Shown here in pieces: positions 48,740-58,955 of a stretch of 60,132 bases of DNA. The position numbers and the translations under genes are program-made. The notes under the pieces were generated by a model, which had not been told where the DNA came from, made no database searches, and was given only the letters and a program-made list of their open reading frames with translations. Position 1 is the first letter of the stretch. Each line of letters opens with the position of its first letter. The DNA is from an uncultured Nitrososphaerota archaeon (lineage in GTDB: Archaea; Thermoproteota; Nitrososphaeria; Conexivisphaerales; DTJL01), in the NCBI GenBank assembly GCA_963842885.1, contig CAWJIE010000008.1, positions 1 through 60,132 on the forward strand. Reading direction: 5' to 3'.

Positions 48740-49545
48740 CCGAGCTTCGCTTCTATCGCGCGTAGGAGCTTCAGGTTGCCCGCCGCGACGTAGTTCAACC
48801 TGACGCTTCCGTCCAGCGGGATTGAACCCAGCTCCGGCGGCTCGATGTCCACGACTCCTCCAGCCTCGCGGACGAGGAAGATTGACGGAAGGCAGTCGAA
48901 GCTCCTCAGGTCGGCGAACGGTGCGACGAAGGCGTCCAGCCTCCCGCAGGCGACGCAAGCCGTCTCCAGGGCGGCTGTGCTGAGTATCCTCGGGTACTTC
49001 GTGGCCGCCATCAGGGAGGTGAGGCCGGCCAGCCTGTTTCCGGGGACCATGTACGCCTTGGAGTCAAACGCCATCACGGTCTCCTTGAGCCCCTTGATTG
49101 TGCTAGGCCGCGCCAGCCTCCAGTCCTCATAGACCGCGCCCTTCCTGCCCCAAATCATCCTCCTCCTGACGTGGTCGATCACCCCTGCGGCGAAGATGTC
49201 AGAGAAGAGAGGCCCTTCGGCCAGGGCAATGGAAGTGGAGTAGACAGACACGTCCCTCTTGGCGTTCGTGCTGCCGTCGACGGGGTCCATCAGCAGCGTC
49301 AACTTCGCCGAGCGGGAGGTGATGATGCCCCGCTCCTCCGAAATCACGGTCACCGGAGGGAGCCGGGCGGCCGCCAGCTGGAGCACCCGCTCTTCTACGG
49401 AGCTGTCTATTCCGTAGGTCATGTCTCCAAAGGAGCCCCTTCCCAGAGGCGTCCCTGCCGTGCCTTTCCTCGTCGTCTCCACCACCGCGTCGTTGGCCGC
49501 GAGAAGGGCGTCTCTGACGAACTGGAGGTAGAACTGGATCGTCAA
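48730..49545 (-). CDS. Inositol monophosphatase / FBPase family protein
   Basis: ISEE, DPVDGSTN, GRLDAF, FD..EAGG. Confidence 0.9.
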   Translation of the reverse strand: MTIQFYLQFVRDALLAANDAVVETTRKGTAGTPLGRGSFGDMTYGIDSSVEERVLQLAAARLPPVTVISEERGIITSRSAKLTLLMDPVDGSTNAKRDVSVYSTSIALAEGPLFSDIFAAGVIDHVRRRMIWGRKGAVYEDWRLARPSTIKGLKETVMAFDSKAYMVPGNRLAGLTSLMAATKYPRILSTAALETACVACGRLDAFVAPFADLRSFDCLPSIFLVREAGGVVDIEPPELGSIPLDGSVRLNYVAAGNLKLLRAIEAKLGQR

Positions 49546-49579
49546 TCCGAGTTACGAAAGGAGGCATGGCCGGCCCTCT

Positions 49580-50914
49580 TTAAAGGGTATGCTGGCCTCT
49601 GCGTTGTTTGAGTGTGATCGTGGCATTGGCCAGGCTCACGAGCTCGAGCCCCTCCTCAAGATCAGCCGTCTCCACCACGGAGGACCTCCTCTGCCTGGCT
49701 GTTCCCAGGGCAAGCTCCTCGACCGCGTTCCCCAGCCTCGAGCCGAAGCCCGAGAGGAACTTCGGCGCCTTGAACTTCTTGAGTTGTTCGGTCATGGCAT
49801 CAGGGAGCTCCGTCTCCATCACTTCGGACCCCAGTGTGGCCTGCAGGGCTCCCTTGGCCTCCTGCGCCGACGGCATGCCGGTTTCGACCGCTGCGTCGAG
49901 GGCCCTCTTGTCGGAGGCCTGAGGCATCCTTATGGCTAGGTCGATGAGGCCCATGAAGTCGGGGTCCAGGATCGGGGCATCCAGCTTGTCGGGCATCCAA
50001 AGGTTGAAGATGAATCTCGCCCTGACGTTGACCTCGGTCCTCTTGTTGTCATAGATGATCTTCGTCCTCCGTGTGGCTAGCAGGTCGAGGAGGATACGCC
50101 TCTCTTCTGGCGTGGCCTTCTCGAAATCGTCGATTATGACGACGCCGCCGTTCCCATTCAGCGCGATCTGCTCCTGCATCTCCCCTGGGGTGTTCCCCCC
50201 GCACAGGACATGGGCCGAAACCGGCGTGAATTCGTCCAGGAAGCTCCTCGTGAGGCTCCTGTTGTATGCCTCCTTGTCCCACAGCACCATCATGTTCAAC
50301 CTGTCACTGGACAGCATCTTCAGGTAGATCCTGCTCAGGAGCCTCAGCCCGTCGAGCGATTTCGTCCTCTCCTCGAGTTCCCCCATGAAGGTGTCGAGGG
50401 GCCATCGGGCCTCGCTCATCGGGGCCTCGCTGAGGACGGTCGCAGTCCTGACCTTCAACGCGCTCCTCAACTGCAATGCGTTGTTGCGGTACTCCATCCA
50501 CTGGGCCATCCCGAACTTCATCTGCTCAGGCTTCAGCCTGAAAAGCACCTCGTAAGCGTCCTGCCTCTCCCTCAGCTCTACGTCCACGTAGAGGTCGTAG
50601 ATCCCGAGCCTGCCTTCGAGGGCGTTCCTCGACGCGAGCCCGTCGTACGTCTTCTGGCAGGTCACTCGTATCGCGCCGGGGGTGACGTCCACCGATGTCA
50701 CGATTTCATCGGCCACGACGGCCCTGGCGTAGAGGACCCATGTGGAGAACGGCTCCCCCAATATCCGAAATCGCGGGTCGTACGGGTCGGTCCTCGCAAG
50801 GTCGGCCATGGTCCTCACGCCTTGCTCCTCCAGGAGCCTTCTGGAAAGGGACCCGAGTCCCGGCACTCTGAGCGGGGTGGAGGATCCGGTACCGTCGGCC
50901 TGGGTGTTGCCCAT
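49580..50914 (-). CDS. Degenerate MCM-like AAA+ protein with N-terminal HhH-like domain
   Basis: VPGLG..LEEQGV.T..DLA N-terminus; GGVVIIDDFEK, VNVRAR, IDL, SRL..LA...AR.R....V...D..E follow the MCM motif order; Walker A and Arg finger absent. Confidence 0.7.
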   Translation of the reverse strand: MGNTQADGTGSSTPLRVPGLGSLSRRLLEEQGVRTMADLARTDPYDPRFRILGEPFSTWVLYARAVVADEIVTSVDVTPGAIRVTCQKTYDGLASRNALEGRLGIYDLYVDVELRERQDAYEVLFRLKPEQMKFGMAQWMEYRNNALQLRSALKVRTATVLSEAPMSEARWPLDTFMGELEERTKSLDGLRLLSRIYLKMLSSDRLNMMVLWDKEAYNRSLTRSFLDEFTPVSAHVLCGGNTPGEMQEQIALNGNGGVVIIDDFEKATPEERRILLDLLATRRTKIIYDNKRTEVNVRARFIFNLWMPDKLDAPILDPDFMGLIDLAIRMPQASDKRALDAAVETGMPSAQEAKGALQATLGSEVMETELPDAMTEQLKKFKAPKFLSGFGSRLGNAVEELALGTARQRRSSVVETADLEEGLELVSLANATITLKQRRGQHTL

Positions 50915-50996
50915 TTAGAGCGCCTTACATCGAGATGTCGATAGGGGGTTTAGAGACCCGGAGTCTTGAGAAGTTCACATCGGGGTCAAGCCGGTT

Positions 50997-53900
50997 TCAG
51001 ATTCTGAGGAAGATCTTCTTCCCATCCAGGTCGGACTCGGTCCACCCATCTCCCTGAGGGGCCTCCTCAGACACGTCCACCTCTCTGACCCTGACCAGGA
51101 AGAGGAGCTCCTCCTTCCTCTTGGTGAGGAGCTCCGCCGTGGCCCTGTCGAGGCCCCTTATGGCCGCCACGGGGAGGACGTCGGTGGGGACGTAGCCGCG
51201 CTCCTTCCTGAGCGCCTGGAGGCGCCGAGCGACGTCACGGACCACTCCTTCCGCCGTCAGCTCTTCGTCCCTCGTCGAGTCCAGAGCCACGAAGTTGTCG
51301 CCGAGGCTCCCTACGGCGAAACCCTCTTGCGGTCCGACTTCAAACTCCAGCTCCTTCCTGTCGAAGGTGTATTCGCGGGTCCCGACGGAGACGCCGACGT
51401 GACCCTTCTCTCGAGCCTCAGACCAGAGGGACCACGGGTCGGTGGCTTTTACGGCGGCTACCACGGAGTTGAAATCCTGCTTCAGCCTCTTGCCGGCGAC
51501 GGCCGTGTCTAGCTTGGCCCTGAGTGTGATCGGGAGCTCCTTCGCGGGCTTGAACTCCATCCTGCGCACGTTGGCGACCTCCGCCAGCAGCTTCTCCGCG
51601 GGCGGAGATAGCCTCCTCTCCGCTGAATAGAAGCCTCTCCCAAGAGGCCATCTGCGCTTCACCTTCGCGTTCATCCTCGCCGAGTTGGCGAGGGACACGA
51701 GCTCCCACATTCTGTCATACTCCTCCTCCAACGCCGTGTCGATGAGCCCTCCATCCGGCGTCGGTTTCCGCTCCAGTATGATGCTCCGCCCTCCCTTGGA
51801 GAAGACGGCGTTGAAGAGGAAGTCCGACAGGAACGGCACGTATGGATGCATAAGAAGATCCAGAGTCCTCAGGGCTTGCGCCAGGACCGTGTAGATCACC
51901 AGCCTCCTCCCCTTGGTCTCGGGAAGGTCGTCCCAGAGCTCGCCCCTCGTGAGCGGGACGTACTCTTGGCTCAATACTTCGATTATGAAGGAATCGAAGG
52001 CCCTGGTCGCTTCGTTGAACCTCCTGTCCCTGTAGGCTTCGTCGACGACGGCCACCAGCCGCTCGAGCTTCGAAAGCAGCCAACGATCCTGCGGCTCCAG
52101 CTGCCCCTTGTCCCGGAGCCCCTTCAAGGCGGAGGCGTCCCAGACGAAGCCGTCATACCTGCTGTTGGTCCGATAGTAAAGGTGGAGGTGGTAGAGCGTG
52201 TTGAGGACCTGGAAAGGCCTTCCGTACATCTCCTTGACGTCGAAGTTCACCGAGTCGATGGGTGTCCCCTTCCACAGGAGGTAGAGACGCACAAGGTCTG
52301 CCGAGTGCTCAGAGAACAGCTTGCTGGCCTCCAGGGTGTTTCCCTTGCTCTTGCTCATCTTCTCCCCCTTCTCGTCAAGGACATGGCCTTGGAACAGGAA
52401 GGCCTTGTAGGGTGCGAGCGGCTTCCCTGACAGGATGACGTTCTCCACGAGCAATGTGTACGCCCATCCCCTCGTCTGATCTATCCCCTCTGTGAGGAAT
52501 GGAACCGGCACGAGATGGGCGTACTCTTCGTCGCTCTGCCCTGCGTAGGGGGCGGCGCCGCTGTTGTGCCAGGTGTCCAGGACAAAGGGCTCACGAAAGG
52601 CCCTGCCCCCGCACTTCGTGCACCTGACGACCACCCTGTCTATCCAGGGCCTGTGGAGCTCGAACCCAGGGCCGTCGGGGAGCTCCAGGGCAGCCTCCAG
52701 GATGGCCTTGCGGCTGAACAGCGCCGTCTTTTCCCCACACACGCTGCAGGCCCAAAGCGGAAGTGGCGCGCCCCAGATCCTTTCCCTTGTAATGTTCCAC
52801 GGCCGGGCCTCCTTGATGATTTCGAGAAACCGGTTCCTGGGCCCTTCGTAGAAGTACTCCACCTTCTCGGCCGCCTCGACGGTCTTCTCCACGATCCTGT
52901 CGACCCAGTAGAAGTACTCCCTTCTGAGCATGTAGACGAGCTTGTGATGTGACCTCCAGCAGGTGGGATATTCATGCCCGATCTTGGAATAGCCAACCAC
53001 CAGTCCCTTCTCCCTTAGGGAGGAGACCACGGCCTCGTCGGTGTCTCTGACGAAGGATCCGCCGAAGCTCCCCGCGTCGTCGGTGAACCTGACCTCGTCG
53101 TCGATGGGGTTGAAGATGGGCAGCTTCCTCCTGGAGGCGACCTCAAAGTCCTCCTCGCCGTTAGCCGGGGCCATGTGCACCACGCCGGACCCGGTGGTGG
53201 GGTCCACGAAGTCTTCGGCAACCACCATGTGGACCTTCCCTTCGGCAGCGAGGCGCGCCTGACCAGGCACGAGGTCCCCCAGGGGAGGGACATAGCGAAG
53301 CCCCTCCAACTCCGAACCCTTTACGGTCTTGAGCTTGGTCGCTCCCTCAATCTTCAGGGTGGAGATGACGTCTTCGAAGCGGGCGTCACCGATTATCCAT
53401 GTCTCGTCGCCCACCCTGACGTAGGAGTAGTCGGCTTCGGGGTGTACGCCGATGAGCTCGTCCGTGATTACGGTGAACGGCATCGTGGTCCACACAACGA
53501 GGTAGAGATCTTGATGCTCCACCTTCGCCTTGTAGTAGAGCGACGGGTCCGTGACGGTCTCGTATCCGTCGGCCACCTCCCTGTTGCTCAAGGAGGTCTG
53601 GCAACTGGGGCAGTAGGCCACCACCCTGTGACCTTCGCCCAGGAGCCCCCCGTGGTACGCGGCCTCAAGGATCTTCCACTCCCTTTCGATGTATTCGTCC
53701 CTGTAGGTCCAATAACCGTCGTAGTCGAGGAGCAGGCCGATGTAGGAATCTGCGGCCAGCCATGACTTGACGTACTTCTTCACTATCTCCTTGCAGGCGG
53801 CTACCAGTTTCTCCTCCCCGATGACCTTCAGGTTCTCGGTCTTGTTCCCCTTGAGGCCCAGCTCCTTCTCTGCCTGGAGTTCAACCGGGAGGCCCTGCGT

Positions 53901-54212
53901 GTCCCACCCGGACCTGAACAACACGAAGTTCCCATCCATCGTCTCGTGGCGATACCAGAGGTCCTTGAATATCCTCCCTCTTACGTGGCCGATGTGCGGT
54001 TCCCCATTCAAAGTGGGTGGTCCCTCCACGAACCCCATGACGTCGGCACCACGCCTGGCCTCGGCTATCTGCCTCCGGACATCTGTCGCGTGCCAAAACC
54101 CCCTAACCGCCTCCTCGATCTCTTTGGGCTCAAACCGCTGCCCAAGGACGAAATCCGGCCCATTCTTGTCGGAGGAACCCTTGCTCACTATTCGACCCTC
54201 TCGTTGACTCAT
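50997..54212 (-). CDS. ileS: Isoleucyl-tRNA synthetase
   Basis: EGPP..HIGH, GWDTQGLPVE, WTTMP, GSGVVH, EGIDQTRGW, KMSKS; start uncertain. Confidence 0.96.
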   Translation of the reverse strand: MSQREGRIVSKGSSDKNGPDFVLGQRFEPKEIEEAVRGFWHATDVRRQIAEARRGADVMGFVEGPPTLNGEPHIGHVRGRIFKDLWYRHETMDGNFVLFRSGWDTQGLPVELQAEKELGLKGNKTENLKVIGEEKLVAACKEIVKKYVKSWLAADSYIGLLLDYDGYWTYRDEYIEREWKILEAAYHGGLLGEGHRVVAYCPSCQTSLSNREVADGYETVTDPSLYYKAKVEHQDLYLVVWTTMPFTVITDELIGVHPEADYSYVRVGDETWIIGDARFEDVISTLKIEGATKLKTVKGSELEGLRYVPPLGDLVPGQARLAAEGKVHMVVAEDFVDPTTGSGVVHMAPANGEEDFEVASRRKLPIFNPIDDEVRFTDDAGSFGGSFVRDTDEAVVSSLREKGLVVGYSKIGHEYPTCWRSHHKLVYMLRREYFYWVDRIVEKTVEAAEKVEYFYEGPRNRFLEIIKEARPWNITRERIWGAPLPLWACSVCGEKTALFSRKAILEAALELPDGPGFELHRPWIDRVVVRCTKCGGRAFREPFVLDTWHNSGAAPYAGQSDEEYAHLVPVPFLTEGIDQTRGWAYTLLVENVILSGKPLAPYKAFLFQGHVLDEKGEKMSKSKGNTLEASKLFSEHSADLVRLYLLWKGTPIDSVNFDVKEMYGRPFQVLNTLYHLHLYYRTNSRYDGFVWDASALKGLRDKGQLEPQDRWLLSKLERLVAVVDEAYRDRRFNEATRAFDSFIIEVLSQEYVPLTRGELWDDLPETKGRRLVIYTVLAQALRTLDLLMHPYVPFLSDFLFNAVFSKGGRSIILERKPTPDGGLIDTALEEEYDRMWELVSLANSARMNAKVKRRWPLGRGFYSAERRLSPPAEKLLAEVANVRRMEFKPAKELPITLRAKLDTAVAGKRLKQDFNSVVAAVKATDPWSLWSEAREKGHVGVSVGTREYTFDRKELEFEVGPQEGFAVGSLGDNFVALDSTRDEELTAEGVVRDVARRLQALRKERGYVPTDVLPVAAIRGLDRATAELLTKRKEELLFLVRVREVDVSEEAPQGDGWTESDLDGKKIFLRI

Positions 54213-54315
54213 TCTTCTGTCTGTAACCCCCTTTAAAGCGTTGCCTTGGGGTTCGAGGAGGCTCTCCCAAAACGAAACGCACCTTTTTAACCACCTTTCA
54301 ACGTATATATCTGGC

Positions 54316-54885
54316 ATGAGACTGGTCGTCGCCATAACGGGCGCCAGTGGCGTGGTCTACGGCGTGCGCCTGCTGGAGGAGCTGAAGAAGTCAGGGGTGG
54401 AGACCCATGCCATCGTCTCCAACGCCGCCTACCTGACAATGAAATATGAGACGAAGTACACGCCTGAATACATTTCTGGGCTCCCCACTCGCCTCTACAA
54501 GGAGGAGGAGCTGGAGGCGCCTGTCGCAAGCGGCTCCTTCCTGACCGACGGAATGGTGATCGCTCCGTGCAGCATGAAGACGCTCTCTGGGATCGCCTAC
54601 GGCTTCGAGAACACTCTTGTCATAAGGGCGGCCATGGTGACCCTTAAGGAGAGGAGGCCTCTCCTCCTGCTCATCCGTGAGACGCCGCTTTCCTCAATCC
54701 AGATCGAAAGCATGCTGCGCTGTTCCCAGGCAGGAGCGGTCGTGATGCCCGCGTCTCCCTCCTTCTACAATGACCCCAAGGACGTCTCCGCGATGGTGGA
54801 CCAGATGGTGGGGCGGGTCCTCGACTCACTAAGGGTACCACATTCCCTGGGCAAGCGGTGGAGCGGCGCTTCGCTGCGGGGGTGA
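54316..54885 (+). CDS. ubiX: Flavin prenyltransferase UbiX
   Basis: ITGASG, ASGS, PCSMKTL, LKERR, RETP. Confidence 0.95.
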   Translation: MRLVVAITGASGVVYGVRLLEELKKSGVETHAIVSNAAYLTMKYETKYTPEYISGLPTRLYKEEELEAPVASGSFLTDGMVIAPCSMKTLSGIAYGFENTLVIRAAMVTLKERRPLLLLIRETPLSSIQIESMLRCSQAGAVVMPASPSFYNDPKDVSAMVDQMVGRVLDSLRVPHSLGKRWSGASLRG

Positions 54886-55586
54886 TCCCGGCGCTGCCAG
54901 TCCGGCTCGCATTCATTTCGGACATCCATGGCAACCTGGAGGCCCTCAGGGCCGTAGCTCCCCTGATAGATGGGCTCCCCACCTACTGCTGCGGCGACGT
55001 CGTCGGATATGGCGCCAACCCCAACGAGGTCGTGGAATGGGTCAGGCAGAACTGCGCCGGCTGCGTGATGGGCAACCACGACCAGGCCGTGGTCACGGGT
55101 GACACCGGCTGGTTCAACCCCACTGCAGCCAAGGCCATCAGGTGGACCAAGGAGAGGATGAGCGAGGCCAACCTTCGATACCTCGCCTCCCTCCCGACAT
55201 CCTTCCGCCTTCAGCCTGAGGGGAAGCGTTTCCTCATCGTCCACGGCAGTCCCGAGGACCCCCTTCATGAGTACGTCCACACGACCACGCACCAGGACCT
55301 CTTCGAGCACTATCTTACGAAGCATGAAGCCGACGTGCTGGTCCTGGGGCACACCCACTACCCCTTCGAGGCGAAGACGCCGCTTGGCACCGTCTTCAAC
55401 CCCGGGAGCGTGGGCCAGCCCCGGCATGGCATCCCCGGGGCCTTCTTCGCCATCGTCGATCTGGAAGGCGGAGCTGTGAACGTGGAGCTTCTCAGGGCCA
55501 CATATGACATATCCTCGGCGGCTTCCAAGATTTACGCAGCGGGGCTCCCACGAGCCCTGGGCGAGCGCCTCTACGAAGGCCTCTGA
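54882..55586 (+). CDS. Metallophosphoesterase (calcineurin-like)
   Basis: DIHGN, GDVVGYG, GNHD, HGSP, GHTH, NPGSVGQPR; start approximate. Confidence 0.92.
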   Translation: MIPALPVRLAFISDIHGNLEALRAVAPLIDGLPTYCCGDVVGYGANPNEVVEWVRQNCAGCVMGNHDQAVVTGDTGWFNPTAAKAIRWTKERMSEANLRYLASLPTSFRLQPEGKRFLIVHGSPEDPLHEYVHTTTHQDLFEHYLTKHEADVLVLGHTHYPFEAKTPLGTVFNPGSVGQPRHGIPGAFFAIVDLEGGAVNVELLRATYDISSAASKIYAAGLPRALGERLYEGL

Positions 55587-56945
55587 CCGTTCCCCAGAAC
55601 GAAGAGCTTCCCCGGCGGGAACTTCGACCTGTCGAGCAGGCCGCGGGCGTCAAAGGTGATCGGCTCCGTACGGGTCAACCTCTTCAGCTGGCCGTAGTCC
55701 AGCTCCCGATATGCCCTGTGGTCGGTGGCGATGATGACGAGACCGCAGCCTTCAAGGGCGGTGGCCAGGTCCGAGGTGACCGGGAAGCCCCCGGCTTCCG
55801 CCTTCTTGACGAAGGGGTCATGAACCCTGACCTTGCACCTCCCCTTCTTGAGCTCCTTCAGGAGGTCATATGTCGGGCTCAGCCTGTCGTCGGCGACGTC
55901 ACCCCTGAACGCCAGCCCGAGGACCGCCACGTCCCTGGGCGAGTCGCCGAGCAGCGACAGGGCCCGCTTGGCCACCAGCGCGGGCATGGAGCCGTTGAGC
56001 TTCCTGGCCTCCTCGGTGAGCGCGGCCTTCGACCTTCGCTTCCTCGCGGCGCCGACCACGAAGACCGGGTAGACGGGGATGCACGCCCCACCCACGCCGA
56101 GGCCAGGCCTGTGGAGGTGGTTGAAAGGCTGGCTGTTGGAGGCCCTCTGCACCTCCCAGAAGTCCACGCCCAGTTTCTCGCAGACGAGGGCCAGCTCATT
56201 GGCGAGGGCTATGTTCACGTCTCTGTAGACCCCCTCGAAGAGCTTCTCAAGCTCTGCCCCTTCGAGGCTGGACATCTCCAGCACGCCCTTCTTCGCTACG
56301 CATGAATAGAACGTCGAGACGGCCTTCAGGCTCTTCGGTCCGAAGCCGGCGACGACCTTGGGGTAGTTCTCCTCCAGGTCCTTGAGGGAGCGACCTTCGA
56401 AGATCCTCTCAGGAGAGTAGGCCAGTGCGAAGTCCCTCTCCACCTTCATGCCCTTCCCCCCTTCGAGTATGGGGAGGACGACTTCCCGGCAGGTGCCCGG
56501 AGGCACGCTGGTCTCGAGGATGGAGAGGCTTCCCTTCTGCATCCTGGACGCTATCTCCCCGAAGACCGTGACGACGCTCGAGAGGTCCGCGACGCCTTCG
56601 CGCAGGCCGACGGGGACGGCTACGATGTTGACGTCGGCCATGGCGGCCGCCTGCGAAGGGCTCGTGCGTGACGACGAACCTCCTGGACGCGAAGCCCTCC
56701 CTGAAGGTCTCATCGACGAATGGCTCGTCCGGGAAGAGCTCCTTCCCCTGGGCGATGGTGTCCACCCTCTTCCTGTCGATGTCGGCCAGGACCACCTTGG
56801 CGCCAGCCCTCAGCCATGCTGCCGCGATGGTGACGCCCACGCGCCCTGCGCCGTAGACTGCGACGTGGACTTTCCCGCTCCGGACTGCCCCCGCGATGTT
56901 CTCGCTGTGCCTTCGAGGATGTTCAAGCGCGCGTGCACACATCAA
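55571..56945 (-). CDS. Nucleotide-sugar (UDP-N-acetylmannosamine-type) dehydrogenase; frameshift near 56660
   Basis: VAVYGAGRVG Rossmann motif, ETSVPPGT, SPER, KLFEGVYRDVNIALANE, GVGGACIP; start uncertain. Confidence 0.88.
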
Positions 56946-56983
56946 CAGACTCTCGAAGGCCGTCTAAAAAGCATTCGAGGGGG

Positions 56984-57494
56984 CTACCTTCTCAGGAGCG
57001 CCGCCCTTTCGGCCAGCAGTCTTGCGACGACCTCGTCTCCCCCGATCACAGACTCCCTCTCTTCTGGCCTGATCCTGGCAGCCGCCTTCCTCCCGGGCCC
57101 TTTGCGCAAGAAGGGCTTGAGCCTGACGAGGCTCGAGATGGCCGCCAACCCCCTGCGCACCTCCTCCTCCCCTCCGAATACGACGAGGAGAGAATCGGCG
57201 CCGGGCCTGTGAGCCCGCGGCCCTGACCGCCACCGAGATCTGTCTGGTCCCCGCCACCCTGAGAAGGAAGTCCACTTCGGCCCTGTCGGCCAGGAGCTGC
57301 GATGAACCCCTCAGCTCCTCGGTTTGCTTGAGGGTCAGGAGTATGTGCATCCTCCCGCCCACGGCAGAGAGGTCAAGGGTCTGGACGGAAGCACCGGGGG
57401 CCGCCTTCCTGAAGGCCTTGAGCTGACTCGCCGGGTCGTCTCCGGACCGGTAGGATTTCATCTCGACATATGTCCCCGGGCCGACGCGCTCCAT
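56984..57494 (-). CDS. cgi121: KEOPS subunit Cgi121 (frameshift near 57210)
   Basis: EVDFLLRVAGTRQISVA and C-terminal LAERAALL in the shifted frame. Confidence 0.75.
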
Positions 57495-57749
57495 CACTGT
57501 CCACCTCCATGGGCGAAGGGGAACACGATGACCTCGTCTCCGTCGTGAAGTCGCGTCGCCAGTCCCTCCTTCGCGGAGACATCGGCTCCGCCTACGATGA
57601 TGCTCAGCTCCTTCCTCGTCGCCATCTCATTCAGCTCCTCTGGAAGCAGCCTCAGCAGCTCCTCCACAGAGGCCCCTTCTTCGATGTCGATCTCTTGCGA
57701 ATCCTCCATGAAGCCTCTTCGCCACGCCCAGCGCCCTGACCTTGATCAA
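57494..57749 (-). CDS. MoaD/ThiS/SAMP ubiquitin-like protein (frameshift near 57712)
   Basis: MIKVRALG../..SVEELL..GLATRLHDGDEVIVFPFAHGGGQ. Confidence 0.8.
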
Positions 57750-58614
57750 CTGCCCTTCTCTTCCCGCACGTAGTGGTAGAGGGGCTCTTCGTAGATGCGA
57801 CCCATGTATTCCGAGCCCGCTCGCATGTGTCACTATCCGGCTCTCGGCCACGAGGGAGGCCAGCCTTCGGTTCGCTTCTTCGACTGACAGCCCCCTCTCC
57901 ATCAGCCACCTCAGAGGAAAGGACACGCCGACGGGTCGGGCGGGGATGAGGTGCCGCGTGGACTTCGGCGGGAGGAGGTTGCGGCTCAGGCCGCTTTCCA
58001 CGACGTCGGCCTTGGAAGGCGAAGGCGGAAAGAAGACGAAGGCTCCGGCCTCGATGAGCCTCTCCGCCTCTCCCTCCGCCACTATCCTTGGCCTGATGCC
58101 GCTCCGGAGGGCCGTCTCGTCGAAGACCTTGACGAGCTCGATGCTCTCCCTGACGCTGACGAAAGGCATCAGCGACTTGAAGGACATTCCAGCCGCGAAA
58201 AGCGCGACAGGCGTCCGATGCCCCTCCACTTCGGACATCGCTTCGGCGCGGCTCACCCTGGTGAGGTCCAGCCTGACCTTCAGGTCCTCCAGGAGGGGGT
58301 TGCTGACCCCTTCGTACGCGCGGAGCCACCTTCCAAGCTTGATGGCGGCGTTGTCGTAGTCCACCCGGCAAACCAGGATCTTCGAGGCGCCCAATCGCCT
58401 TCAGCGCCTCGACCCGATGCATCCCGTCGAGGGCCACCCCGGTCTTGTCGTCCACTATGACGGGGTCCAGCTGGGCACGCGAGCGCTTCAACGAATCCTG
58501 TATGGCGCGCAGCACGTCCGCTATGACCTGTTCGTGCGGGAGAACCTCCTCGATGGGCTCCACGGACAAGACGAGAGTGATGTCACGATGCCTTATGGTG
58601 AGGGAGGGTTTCAA
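57746..58614 (-). CDS. ParB-fold SerK/SbnI-like kinase (frameshifts near 58394 and 57805)
   Basis: PHEQ, DGMHR, VDY..W, PSK.DV, PPKSTRH as in archaeal free-serine kinase SerK. Confidence 0.7.
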
Positions 58615-58874
58615 TTGGACGGGCCACTTACTGCCGCTGCAGCCTCGGCGGGGGCCGGCGGCTGCTCCTCCGATTCTGCGTTGACAGGTTCAGGCTCCTC
58701 CTTGGACTCGAGCTTGTAGTAGTGTGTGATGTACCCGATCACCTTGTTCTTCAGCTGCTTTGTGCTGAAGTGCGAGACATCTTCGACGACCTTCTTGTTG
58801 CTCTCGTAGTCGGCAGAAAACTTCCCCGGGTGTTCCTTCATGAGGAACTGGGCGATTCGTCTGACTCTGTCCAA
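58611..58874 (-). CDS. rps17e: 30S ribosomal protein S17e
   Basis: FSADYESNKK..TKQLKNKVIGYIT. Confidence 0.93.
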   Translation of the reverse strand: MDRVRRIAQFLMKEHPGKFSADYESNKKVVEDVSHFSTKQLKNKVIGYITHYYKLESKEEPEPVNAESEEQPPAPAEAAAAVSGPSN

Positions 58875-58955
58875 ACGCTGAACGCGCTCTCGACGTCTGT
58901 GTCAAACGGCTATTATAAAAGCCCTACCGTTTTCGCCTGCCTTTCTGCTCGTTCT

